Source of the DNA: an uncultured Lachnospiraceae bacterium
Lineage (GTDB): Bacteria > Bacillota > Clostridia > Lachnospirales > Lachnospiraceae
Direction: 5' to 3'
DNA length: 56,156 bases
NCBI GenBank assembly: GCA_963544505.1
Contig: CAUUFM010000001.1
Location: forward strand, 1 to 56,156
Position numbers and translations under genes: made by a program. The notes beneath the pieces are model-generated. The model was not told where the DNA came from. It searched no databases and saw only the letters and a program-made list of their open reading frames with translations. This document shows, piece after piece, positions 24,446 through 32,966 of this stretch (within the stretch, counting starts at the first letter, position 1; each line of letters opens with the position of its first letter).

Positions 24446-25258
24446 ATGAAAGTATGGAGATATCCGGAAGGGGTAAAGCTTTATATAGAAAACCATGCAA
24501 AAGCTTTAAAAGATGAAGAACTTGCCGAAAACCTAAACCGCCTTTACCCAGAATACAGCTTCACAGTTACAAAGGTAAGGGCGTTTAGGAAAAATCACAA
24601 AATAAGAAACGGAAGAAAATGCGGAATATCTAAGGGTTACAGTTATATATATCCCGAAGGATTCGAGGAATTCGTAAAAAGAGAAGCGAAGAACAGAACG
24701 ACGGAAGAATTAACGAAGATAATAAATAAAGAGTACGGCGAAGGCACGATAATGGAGAGCCAAACGAGAGCATACAAGAAGAATCGCAAAATAACGAGCG
24801 GGATCGACTGCAAATTCAAAAAAGGAAGGATAAGCGAGCGGAAAGGGATAAGTTGTGAAATGCCGGAAGGTGCGAAGAAACACCGATTTCAAAAAGGACA
24901 CAAACCGCACAACATAAAAGACCTTCAAGAAATCAGTAAAACTACGGACGGCTATTTAATTATAAAAGTAAAAGAAAAAGGAACGCAAAGAGAGTGCTGG
25001 CAATTTTTGCATAGGCATATTTGGGAAAAAGAATATGGGGAGATTCCGAGAGGGAAAATGGTAACTTTTTTAGATGGAAACAAAGAAAATATCGAGCTTG
25101 ACAATTTAGCGCTAATTGATAACGAAATCAATTTAGAAATGCAGCGAAGAGGGTTAAGAGCGAAAGAAAAAGAAATAACGAAGACTGGAATAAACATCGC
25201 GAAATTATCAATTAAGACAAGGGAGCGCAAAAGGCAATGGAAGAAAATAAAACAATAG
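24446..25258 (+). CDS. HNH-family endonuclease with N-terminal basic DNA-binding repeats
   Basis: HRHIWEKEYGEIPRGKMVTFLDGNKENIELDNLALI (HNH_3-like). Repeated RAFRKNHKI / RAYKKNRKI modules. Confidence 0.7.
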   Translation: MKVWRYPEGVKLYIENHAKALKDEELAENLNRLYPEYSFTVTKVRAFRKNHKIRNGRKCGISKGYSYIYPEGFEEFVKREAKNRTTEELTKIINKEYGEGTIMESQTRAYKKNRKITSGIDCKFKKGRISERKGISCEMPEGAKKHRFQKGHKPHNIKDLQEISKTTDGYLIIKVKEKGTQRECWQFLHRHIWEKEYGEIPRGKMVTFLDGNKENIELDNLALIDNEINLEMQRRGLRAKEKEITKTGINIAKLSIKTRERKRQWKKIKQ

Positions 25259-25731
25259 CAGAAATCGAAAGCAAGACACAAACACAGATTATAGGAGAAG
25301 TGGCCGCAGAACTTAAAAAGACGTTCGGGATCGTCGCACAAGACGTGCAAAAGCTCACAAGGCTGATCGTCTTATCATTTAGGAAATCGGTGGAGCTGAC
25401 AGCCTTCGAGATTAGAAAAAGATACATACTAAAGAAGCTGGAGAAGGAAGAAGAAAGTATAAAGGCAAGATACAAGGAACAGACGCTGGAGGTTTTACAA
25501 GGAAAGAAACCGCGCAGGAAGACGAGGGCGAAAGTTATCGAATTTGTAATAATTATGGCCGTTTCGTTAGTTTTGTTTAACTTGGCGAGTATTGAAGCGT
25601 ACAACGAACGCGGATATAAGGCCTACGGCGGCGAATACTTTTTATTGCTTTTGCCGGCTTTTTATTATCTGACGAAAGCAACCGCAAAGGACTTCAAAAA
25701 AGCGGTGCAGGAGAGCAGGAAAAAAGAGTAA
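25237..25731 (+). CDS. membrane protein, hypothetical
   Basis: 164-aa ORF with two C-terminal hydrophobic segments. Confidence 0.5.
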   Translation: MEENKTIAEIESKTQTQIIGEVAAELKKTFGIVAQDVQKLTRLIVLSFRKSVELTAFEIRKRYILKKLEKEEESIKARYKEQTLEVLQGKKPRRKTRAKVIEFVIIMAVSLVLFNLASIEAYNERGYKAYGGEYFLLLLPAFYYLTKATAKDFKKAVQESRKKE

Positions 25732-25735
25732 AAAA

Positions 25736-25798
25736 GGCGCTTCATTACGAAGCGCCCGTCTTGGTATAAACTCTTATCTTAGGCATAGATAAGACCAA
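25736..25798 (+). promoter_or_regulatory. two adjacent hairpins upstream of the Rep gene (candidate origin or nick region)
   Basis: GGCGCTTC-attac-GAAGCGCC (25736-25756). TTGGT..CTTATCT-taggcat-AGATAAG-ACCAA (25761-25798). A degenerate box TATACCACAGA lies at 25815-25825. Confidence 0.4.
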
Positions 25799-25944
25799 TA
25801 AAACACATATTTATTATACCACAGACACGCAGAAAAAACAAGCAAAATAGCGGAAGAAAAGGCAGAAACACCGCGAAAATATCAATCCTTTAGCGACCTT
25901 GTATAGGGTATTATCTTTTCAACCATAGGGAAGCAGGTGGTATA

Positions 25945-26757
25945 ATGAGAAATTTTATTAGGGAGAAAAAAATATATTGCGGTACTGAATATTTGGAAGT
26001 GGATATTTACCCTTACACCCAAAACCAAAAAATAAGAAAAGGGAAGAGGGCAAAAAAGAAAAAAGAATCATTACCAAAACAGAAAAATCTCAATGATAAA
26101 AATGCTAGGAGAAAATTTGTTCAGTTGGTGGAAACAAACTTTGGAGAGAATGATTTAGCAGTACACTTGACCTATAGTGATGAAACTCTACCGAGGAACA
26201 TTGAGGCAGCCGAAAAGGAAGTAGCAAATTTCATTAGGCGAGTGAAGAGGAAAAGAAAAAAGGAGGGGCTGGAGGAATTAAGATATATAGTTGTAACAGC
26301 CCACGGAGAAAAGAAAGACACAGGGGAAGTAGTGAGAATACACCACCATATCCTAATGAACGGAGGTTTAAGCAGAGAAGAGATAGAGGACCTATGGAGA
26401 AAACCGAGAAAAAAAGGAGAAACAAAAGGACAAAAGATAGGATATGCCAATGCAGATAGAATACAGCCTGATTATAACACAGGAGTAACAAAGCTCGCAG
26501 AATACTTAGTAAGAAACCCAACCAGTAAAAAACGCTGGAGAGCAAGCAAAAACCTCAAAAGACCGGAGAGCAGAACAAATGACTACAAGTATTCAAGACG
26601 TAAGGTGCTTCAAATAGTAAATGAGCCTCTTGATCTTGAATTTTGGGAAAGAGAATATCCGGGTTACACCATAAAAGATAAGCTAACCGGATACAAAGTT
26701 GTATATAACGAATACACGGGCTGGAGCATATATATAAAACTTCGGAAGATTGAATAA
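25945..26757 (+). CDS. HUH-superfamily rolling-circle replication initiator (Rep)
   Basis: Motif 1-like AVHLTYS, HUH motif RIHHHILMNG, Tyr motif TKLAEYLVRN. Basic N-terminus. Confidence 0.65.
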   Translation: MRNFIREKKIYCGTEYLEVDIYPYTQNQKIRKGKRAKKKKESLPKQKNLNDKNARRKFVQLVETNFGENDLAVHLTYSDETLPRNIEAAEKEVANFIRRVKRKRKKEGLEELRYIVVTAHGEKKDTGEVVRIHHHILMNGGLSREEIEDLWRKPRKKGETKGQKIGYANADRIQPDYNTGVTKLAEYLVRNPTSKKRWRASKNLKRPESRTNDYKYSRRKVLQIVNEPLDLEFWEREYPGYTIKDKLTGYKVVYNEYTGWSIYIKLRKIE

Positions 26758-26760
26758 AAG

Positions 26761-26793
26761 GTTATACACAAGTTATTCACATAGTTATCAATA
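26761..26793 (+). repeat. three iteron-like direct repeats just after the rep stop
   Basis: GTTATACACA / GTTATTCACA / GTTATCAATA at an 11-12-nt period. Confidence 0.45.
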
Positions 26794-26813
26794 AAGGAAA
26801 GGAGCTTAAAGAA

Positions 26814-27059
26814 GTGAAAATATCAGAAAATAAATTAAAAAAGATTTTAGAAAAATATCCAAAACAACGCAAAGGAGAAATAAGAAGAAAAAAAGAGCTT
26901 TGCATATTTTGCGGCAAAAACAAAATGAACAGTGCAACCTTTTGTGCTTGCTATGAATGTTTAGGAGTTGCAGGTCTTGAAGCAAACAATCAAAAATGTT
27001 TAGAAACCATAGAGGAGAATTTAGAGAAGTTAGAAAAAAGAGAGGACGAATGGAGCTGA
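26814..27059 (+). CDS. small Cys-rich (zinc-ribbon-like) protein
   Basis: CIFCGKN...FCACYEC. GTG start behind GGAG. Confidence 0.5.
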   Translation: MKISENKLKKILEKYPKQRKGEIRRKKELCIFCGKNKMNSATFCACYECLGVAGLEANNQKCLETIEENLEKLEKREDEWS

Positions 27060-27150
27060 ACGAAGAAATGGCTAAAAACATTGAGTAGTATAACAAAATG
27101 CCTAAGCTTATAAAGGATAATTTAAACGAGATTATGAGGGAGGAATAAAA

Positions 27151-27483
27151 GTGGAGCAGAGAAATAAATATTTGCAAAATATCAAAGAATATGAGCAAAA
27201 CAGAAAACCCGTTTATTATATCGCAGGGCCTATAACAGGGATAAAAGATTATAAAAAGAATTTTGCCAATGCAGAAGACAAACTAAAGGCTATGGGATAT
27301 TCGGTATTCAACCCGGCAGTATTCCCCGAAGGAATGAGCTATAAGTCATATATCAAGATATGCAAAAACGTTATTGAAGAGGTTGACGCCGTGTATTTTC
27401 TAAAGGGCTGGGAGAATAGCATAGGGGCAAGGATAGAAAGAGCGCACGCGGAGAGTTTAGGAAAAGTGATAGAGGCAGAATAA
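27151..27483 (+). CDS. DUF4406 / nucleoside 2-deoxyribosyltransferase-like protein
   Basis: VYYIAGPITG ... VFNP ... VDAVYFLKGWENSIGARIE. Confidence 0.65.
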   Translation: MEQRNKYLQNIKEYEQNRKPVYYIAGPITGIKDYKKNFANAEDKLKAMGYSVFNPAVFPEGMSYKSYIKICKNVIEEVDAVYFLKGWENSIGARIERAHAESLGKVIEAE

Positions 27484-27517
27484 TATTTATAAATGCAATG
27501 CAGGAAAGGAGGCAAAA

Positions 27518-28174
27518 TTGAAATATAAACTTAACACCCTATATAACGAAGATTGCTTAGAAGCAATGAAGAATATACCCGACAAGTATTTTGATTTAGC
27601 CATAGTTGACCCACCGTATGGAATAGGCATAGACGGACAAAAAGAGTATATAAGCAAGACCAACAGCAAACACAACAGAAAATCACATACATTTTATGGC
27701 TGGGATCAGGAAAGACCGGGAAAAGAATATTTCAGAGAGCTGGAGAGGGTATCAAAACACCAAGTAATTTGGGGTGGTAATTATTTTGTTCAGTATCTTC
27801 AACCTACAAAAGGCTGGCTTGTATGGGATAAAGGACAACACGGACTTAGTATGTCAGATTGCGAGCTTGCCTATACTTCTTTTAACAAACCTACAAGAGT
27901 TATAAACATAAACAGAGGGGAGCTGAGAAGAGAGAGAACTATACACCCTACACAAAAACCTATTAAGTTATATGATTGGATATTGTCGTTGTTTGCGAAT
28001 CAAGATTATAAAGTGATAGACACTCATTGTGGAAGTGGCAGTAGTTTAATAGCTTGTCATAGAGCCGGCATAGAGTTTTTAGGTTTTGAAATACAAGAGG
28101 AATATTATAAATCAGCAAAAGTAAGGCTGGAGGCGGAACAAGCACAGCTAAGGCTATTTGATTATATAAAATAG
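27518..28174 (+). CDS. N4/N6 DNA methyltransferase (beta-class)
   Basis: IVDPPYGIG, HPTQKPIKL, DTHCGSGSS. TTG start behind AGGAGG. Confidence 0.85.
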   Translation: MKYKLNTLYNEDCLEAMKNIPDKYFDLAIVDPPYGIGIDGQKEYISKTNSKHNRKSHTFYGWDQERPGKEYFRELERVSKHQVIWGGNYFVQYLQPTKGWLVWDKGQHGLSMSDCELAYTSFNKPTRVININRGELRRERTIHPTQKPIKLYDWILSLFANQDYKVIDTHCGSGSSLIACHRAGIEFLGFEIQEEYYKSAKVRLEAEQAQLRLFDYIK

Positions 28175-28185
28175 GGGGAGTACAA

Positions 28186-28632
28186 GTGAGTGATGTGGTC
28201 AAAGTGCTGGAATATTTTCGCGATATTCCAAAGCAAATGAAGATAAATAATGACATTATTCAAGATTTAGAAGACCGGCACTATAATACATTAAAATCTG
28301 CACAGTTTGACGGTATTTCAAAAGAGAAAGGTAGCATTTCTAATCCGGTGGAGGAAACTGTATTAAACATACCGGAGAGCGTGAGAAACACTATAGATAG
28401 GTTACAGAGGGAAAACAGGAAGCTGGAGAAAATGCAAAAAGAAATAACAGAGGAATTGCTAAAGTTAGAGTATCGGGAACGAAAGATAGTATATGAGTTT
28501 TACATATATGAGTACAACTGGGAAAAAATAGCGAGAGGCTTTTATTCTGTTAGACAATGTAAAAATATCAGAAATGCCACACTAAAAAAATTAGAGATTC
28601 AATTTAAAGGTAATATATTTAAAAACTTTTAG
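28186..28632 (+). CDS. sigma-like late transcription regulator (DUF1492/ArpU-like)
   Basis: C-terminal RERKIVYEFYIYEYNWEKIARGFYSVRQCKNIRNATLKKL resembles sigma region 4. Sits just before the packaging genes. Confidence 0.55.
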   Translation: MSDVVKVLEYFRDIPKQMKINNDIIQDLEDRHYNTLKSAQFDGISKEKGSISNPVEETVLNIPESVRNTIDRLQRENRKLEKMQKEITEELLKLEYRERKIVYEFYIYEYNWEKIARGFYSVRQCKNIRNATLKKLEIQFKGNIFKNF

Positions 28633-28644
28633 AAAGGGGTAAAT

Positions 28645-29283
28645 ATGAAAAAGCTTATAAAATCAATCGAATATAATCAAACGGAGATAATAAAAAATAT
28701 AATTGAGTTACACAGTCCTACTCAAAAAATTGATTGCGACGCAACATATAGCATAGGCAATTTTTACAAAAACACAGGGATTTCTCAACCAGATTACAAA
28801 TTTGATATAAATCCGCAAGTGGAAGGTGTAGAAAAATTTGATTGTAGAAATTTACCATTAAATGACAATAGCTTGTATTGTATGATATACGACCCTCCTT
28901 TTTTAGCCACTACAGGGAAATCATTATTGAAAGAGGATAATAGCAATATAATAAACAAAAGATTTGGAGTTTACAAAAACGAACAAGAACTACATAAATT
29001 TTATGTTGACAGTATGAAAGAGGCTTATAGGATTTTGAAACAGGGAGGAATTTTAATTTTTAAATGTCAAGATAAGGTTAGCTCCGGAAAGCAATATATG
29101 AGCCATTGCTTTATACAAAATGCAGCCATTGATATTGGGTTTTATCCAAAAGATTTATTTATATTATTGGCAAAAAGCAGAATAGTTGCCGATTGGCAAA
29201 TAAAAAATCAAAAAAATGCTCGTAAATTTCATAGTTATTTTTGGGTTTTTGAAAAATCAAGAAAAATAATTAAATATCTATAA
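28645..29283 (+). CDS. putative DNA methyltransferase (DPPF type)
   Basis: CDATYSIGNFY ... MIYDPPFLA ... RILKQGGILIFKCQD. Confidence 0.55.
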   Translation: MKKLIKSIEYNQTEIIKNIIELHSPTQKIDCDATYSIGNFYKNTGISQPDYKFDINPQVEGVEKFDCRNLPLNDNSLYCMIYDPPFLATTGKSLLKEDNSNIINKRFGVYKNEQELHKFYVDSMKEAYRILKQGGILIFKCQDKVSSGKQYMSHCFIQNAAIDIGFYPKDLFILLAKSRIVADWQIKNQKNARKFHSYFWVFEKSRKIIKYL

Positions 29284-29391
29284 TAAGCAAATAAAATTAA
29301 ATTTTGAAGAATGTTTAAAATTGCCCGCTATTGCCCGTTTTTTGAGCTATAATTGTTATAACCGAAAACAAGGCAAGGCAAAGAAAAATTA

Positions 29392-29424
29392 ACGTTCTTC
29401 AATTTTTGAAGAGCGTATTTTTTT
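29392..29424 (+). terminator. rho-independent terminator ahead of the packaging operon
   Basis: 9-bp stem ACGTTCTTC/GAAGAGCGT with a 7-nt loop, followed by ATTTTTTT. Confidence 0.55.
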
Positions 29425-29496
29425 GTAATTTCTAACGTGCAAGAATAACGGCAGCAGAGAAACAAACAAAGAAGAGGGGAAAAGAAAGGAATTTTT

Positions 29497-30252
29497 ATGG
29501 CTAGGAAAAGAGAGCCTGACAGGGATATAGCACGAGAGATTTATATAAAATCAAAAGGAACACTAACCCCCAAGGAGATAGCAGAAAAACTAAAGCTACC
29601 CTCTGAGAAGGTAAGGAAGTGGAAAAGCCTTGATAAATGGGAGGAAGAACTAAAGAAAAAGAAGAGAGGCGCACAGCCCGGAAACAAAAACGCTAAAGGC
29701 TCCGGAGCACCAAGGGGAAATAAAAACGCAGAGATACACGGAGCATATAGCAAAATTGACATTGCCAATCTATCGGAAGAGGACAGGGCATACATAGAAG
29801 CAATTAGCTTGGAGAATGAAGAGAATCTACTAACAGAACTTAGATTGTTAAGGCTAAAAGAAAAAGAGATAAGAGGGAAAATGGAAGCTCTAAACAAAGA
29901 GCCGGAAGACACACTATACCTAAGCAGAGTGGCTGAAATGTATGCGGCATATAGCATAGAAGAGCTGGAGGGATTGGAGCCGGAGGAAAGAGAAAAACTA
30001 CTCAAAGAGCTTAGGCTAAAGATGAAGACAGTAACCAAAGAGAGCAAGTTTGAAAGAGAACAGAAACTCATTACAGCCTACGACAAGATACACGGGCGTA
30101 TTATCAAGTTGTTAGACACTATCAAGAGTTATCACACAGATAAAAAGCGGCTTGAACTTGATACACTTCGATATGATTTATCAAAACAAAAAGCCACAGG
30201 AAGTATTGAGGTTGACCCATTCGATGAGAACGAAGAGAGCGAAGAAAAATAA
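29497..30252 (+). CDS. terminase small-subunit-like HTH protein
   Basis: N-terminal HTH (LTPKEIAEKLKLPSEKVRKW), then repeated GAQPGNKNAKG / GAPRGNKNAE motifs typical of TerS-like proteins. Confidence 0.6.
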   Translation: MARKREPDRDIAREIYIKSKGTLTPKEIAEKLKLPSEKVRKWKSLDKWEEELKKKKRGAQPGNKNAKGSGAPRGNKNAEIHGAYSKIDIANLSEEDRAYIEAISLENEENLLTELRLLRLKEKEIRGKMEALNKEPEDTLYLSRVAEMYAAYSIEELEGLEPEEREKLLKELRLKMKTVTKESKFEREQKLITAYDKIHGRIIKLLDTIKSYHTDKKRLELDTLRYDLSKQKATGSIEVDPFDENEESEEK

Positions 30253-30370
30253 AAAGGTACTTTCGCCAACAGATATACTCTGTGGGTCGGCGAAAGTGCG
30301 GGCCTTTTTTAGGTAAAAAAATATTTTTTACACTTCCGAAAATTCATACACAAGGGAAGGGAGGGGGCTT

Positions 30371-30958
30371 GTGAAACTTCATACAGCAAACGCTGTGGCA
30401 GAATTTCTAAACTTAACAGAGCGCAGGGTAAGACAGCTTAGGGACGAGGGAATCATAAGAGAAACACGCCCCGGACTTTACAAGCTAATTGAAGTCAACC
30501 ACGATTATATCGACTACCTAAAGGGTGGAATAAAATCAGAGGAAAAGATAAGCTACCATGAAGAGAGGGCAAAGCTGGTAAGGGCAAAGAGGCGAAACCA
30601 AGAGCTTGATTTGAGGTTAAGAGAGAAAGAGCTACACGAGGCAGCAGAAATTGAGGAAGTAATGGGGGAAATGCTGATAAATTTTAAAGTAAGACTGTTA
30701 TCAATTCCTACTAAGTTATCACCTTTACTTGCAAATAAAAAAAGCAAAACAGAAATTCACAAAATATTAAGCGAAGCGGTTGAGGAAGCACTGGGTGAAC
30801 TGGTAGACTTTCCGACCGCTTTTGGCATTGAAGAGATGGAGGACGAGACAGAGGAAAAACAGGAAGAGAAAGAAGAGGAAACAAAAAGGAATGAAGCTAA
30901 AAAAACACACTCAAAATCTACTAAAGAAGATATTTCGCACCCTAAAGCCTCCTCCTAA
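30371..30958 (+). CDS. Nu1-like (MerR-type HTH) small terminase candidate
   Basis: ANAVAEFLNLTERRVRQLRDEGIIR. Directly precedes and overlaps the GpA-type TerL. GTG start. Confidence 0.55.
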   Translation: MKLHTANAVAEFLNLTERRVRQLRDEGIIRETRPGLYKLIEVNHDYIDYLKGGIKSEEKISYHEERAKLVRAKRRNQELDLRLREKELHEAAEIEEVMGEMLINFKVRLLSIPTKLSPLLANKKSKTEIHKILSEAVEEALGELVDFPTAFGIEEMEDETEEKQEEKEEETKRNEAKKTHSKSTKEDISHPKASS

Positions 30959-32702
30959 AATCACAGTAGCTCAGTGGGCGGACGAGCACAGGAGATTAAG
31001 CCCGGAAGCGTCGGCAGAGCCGGGACGCTGGAAGACTTCAAAAGCTCCATACCAAAGAGAAATAATGGACGCCATAGGAGATATTGAAGTACAAAAAGTG
31101 GTTGTAATGAGTGCGGCACAAGTCGGAAAATCTGACGCTTGCATACTAAATCCTCTTGGCTACTATATGCACTATGACCCAAGCCCAATTATGATTTTGC
31201 AACCAACCATACAAATGGCTGAATCCTTTTCTAAAGACCGTGTAGCTCCAATGCTTAGAGATACCCCAGTGCTTGCAGAGAGAATAAATGACAAAGCAAG
31301 AAATAGCGGCAATACAATTTTACAAAAGATATTTCCGGGAGGGCATTGTACTTTAGTTGGAGCTAACAGCCCCTCCAGTTTGGCAAGTAGACCCATAAGG
31401 ATATTGCTTGCAGATGAAATAGACCGCTACCCTCCAACGGCAGGGAATGAGGGCGACCCCTTATTACTTGCGGGAAAGAGATTGACAACATTTTGGAACA
31501 AAAAAACAGTCTGTGTAAGCACACCTACAACCAAAGGGCTGTCAAGAATTGAGGTTGAATACGAACACAGTACACAAGAGGAGTGGACTGTGCCTTGCCC
31601 GGCTTGTGGAGAATACACAACGCTTGACTGGGCCGGGATTATATTTGACAAAACCAATCCGGAGGACATTTCCTACACTTGTCCTCATTGCGGAGTTATA
31701 TCAGCGGAACACGACTGGAAAGAGTTATTTTATAAAGGCAAATTTAGCGCGAAGCACCCAAATAGAAAAGTAAGGGGCTTTCACTTGAACTCTTTAGCAT
31801 CACTTTTCGTTGAGTGGTCTGACGTTGTTAAGAAATTCCTTGTTGCTGTGGAAGAAATGAAAAAAGGCAACATTGAACTTTTGAAAGTTTGGACCAATAC
31901 AGAAATGGGGCAGAGCTGGGAAGAGGAGGGAGAAACATTGGAACACGAAGAATTATATCAAAGGTGCAAAGAGTACGGGGCAGAGGTGCCGGCTTCGGTT
32001 ATTGTATTAACAGCCGGAGTGGACGTGCAAGACGACCGTTTTGAAATTGAGGTAGTGGGCTGGGGAGAAGAAAAAGAAAGCTACGGAATATATTACAAAG
32101 TAATGTACGGCGACTTAAAGCTGGATAATGTTTGGCAAGAGCTGGACGAGTATTTGGCAAAAACCTTTACAACGGCAGATGGAAGAAAGCTACCAATTCT
32201 TGCAACTTGCATAGACAGTGGAGGACACTTTACGCAAGAGGTTTACAAGTTTTGCAAATCAAGGGTGGCGAGGAGAATATGGGCTATCAAGGGAAAGGGT
32301 GGAGCGCAAGTGCCTTATTATTCCAAACCAAGTACCGGCAACGCCTATAAAACACCCCTTTTCACTTTGGGGGTTGATACCGGCAAGGCTATTTTATACC
32401 AACGGTTAGGAGTAGAAGAGGCGGGACCTAACTACTGTCACTTTCCGGCGGAAGACGGAAGAGGTTACACAGAAACGTACTTTAAAGGGCTAACAGCAGA
32501 AAAAATGGTAATGACATACAAAAAGGGGCGTGCTCAATATGTTTGGAGGCTCAAAGAGGGAATAAAGAGAAATGAGCCGTTAGACATCAGAGTGTATGCT
32601 ACCGCAGCGCTTGAAATAAGCAATCCTACCTTGCATAAAAGGAAACAAAAAGAAGTGAAACCTAAAAAGACGAGAGGTACAAGAACAAGGGGGATAAGTT
32701 AA
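30891..32702 (+). CDS. terL: terminase large subunit, lambda GpA family
   Basis: VAQWADEHRRLSPEASAEPGRWKTSKAPYQREIMDA ... SAAQVGKSD follows the N-terminal pattern of lambda gpA. Start chosen at the ATG at 30891 (the track ORF starts at 30822). Confidence 0.85.
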   Translation: MKLKKHTQNLLKKIFRTLKPPPKITVAQWADEHRRLSPEASAEPGRWKTSKAPYQREIMDAIGDIEVQKVVVMSAAQVGKSDACILNPLGYYMHYDPSPIMILQPTIQMAESFSKDRVAPMLRDTPVLAERINDKARNSGNTILQKIFPGGHCTLVGANSPSSLASRPIRILLADEIDRYPPTAGNEGDPLLLAGKRLTTFWNKKTVCVSTPTTKGLSRIEVEYEHSTQEEWTVPCPACGEYTTLDWAGIIFDKTNPEDISYTCPHCGVISAEHDWKELFYKGKFSAKHPNRKVRGFHLNSLASLFVEWSDVVKKFLVAVEEMKKGNIELLKVWTNTEMGQSWEEEGETLEHEELYQRCKEYGAEVPASVIVLTAGVDVQDDRFEIEVVGWGEEKESYGIYYKVMYGDLKLDNVWQELDEYLAKTFTTADGRKLPILATCIDSGGHFTQEVYKFCKSRVARRIWAIKGKGGAQVPYYSKPSTGNAYKTPLFTLGVDTGKAILYQRLGVEEAGPNYCHFPAEDGRGYTETYFKGLTAEKMVMTYKKGRAQYVWRLKEGIKRNEPLDIRVYATAALEISNPTLHKRKQKEVKPKKTRGTRTRGIS

Positions 32703-32951
32703 ATGAATAGAGAAGAACTGAAAGAGAGGCGTGAAGTTGCTGTAAAGCATAGAAAGGCTTGGATTGAGGCAGAACTTGAAGTAACCACACACCAAAGCTA
32801 CAGTATTGGGAGTAGAAGCCTCACGAGAGCAAACCTAAGCGAGATTAGAGCAACAATAGAATATTGGAACAATGAAATTGCGAAGATTGACAATCTCTTA
32901 AATGGGGGTGGAAGAAATCGCATTTATTTAGGTGTGCCGAGAGATTTATAA
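32703..32951 (+). CDS. gpW-like head-tail joining protein
   Basis: 82 aa, sitting between TerL and the portal as in lambda. Confidence 0.55.
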   Translation: MNREELKERREVAVKHRKAWIEAELEVTTHQSYSIGSRSLTRANLSEIRATIEYWNNEIAKIDNLLNGGGRNRIYLGVPRDL

Positions 32952-32966
32952 CAGAGAGGAGGAGAA

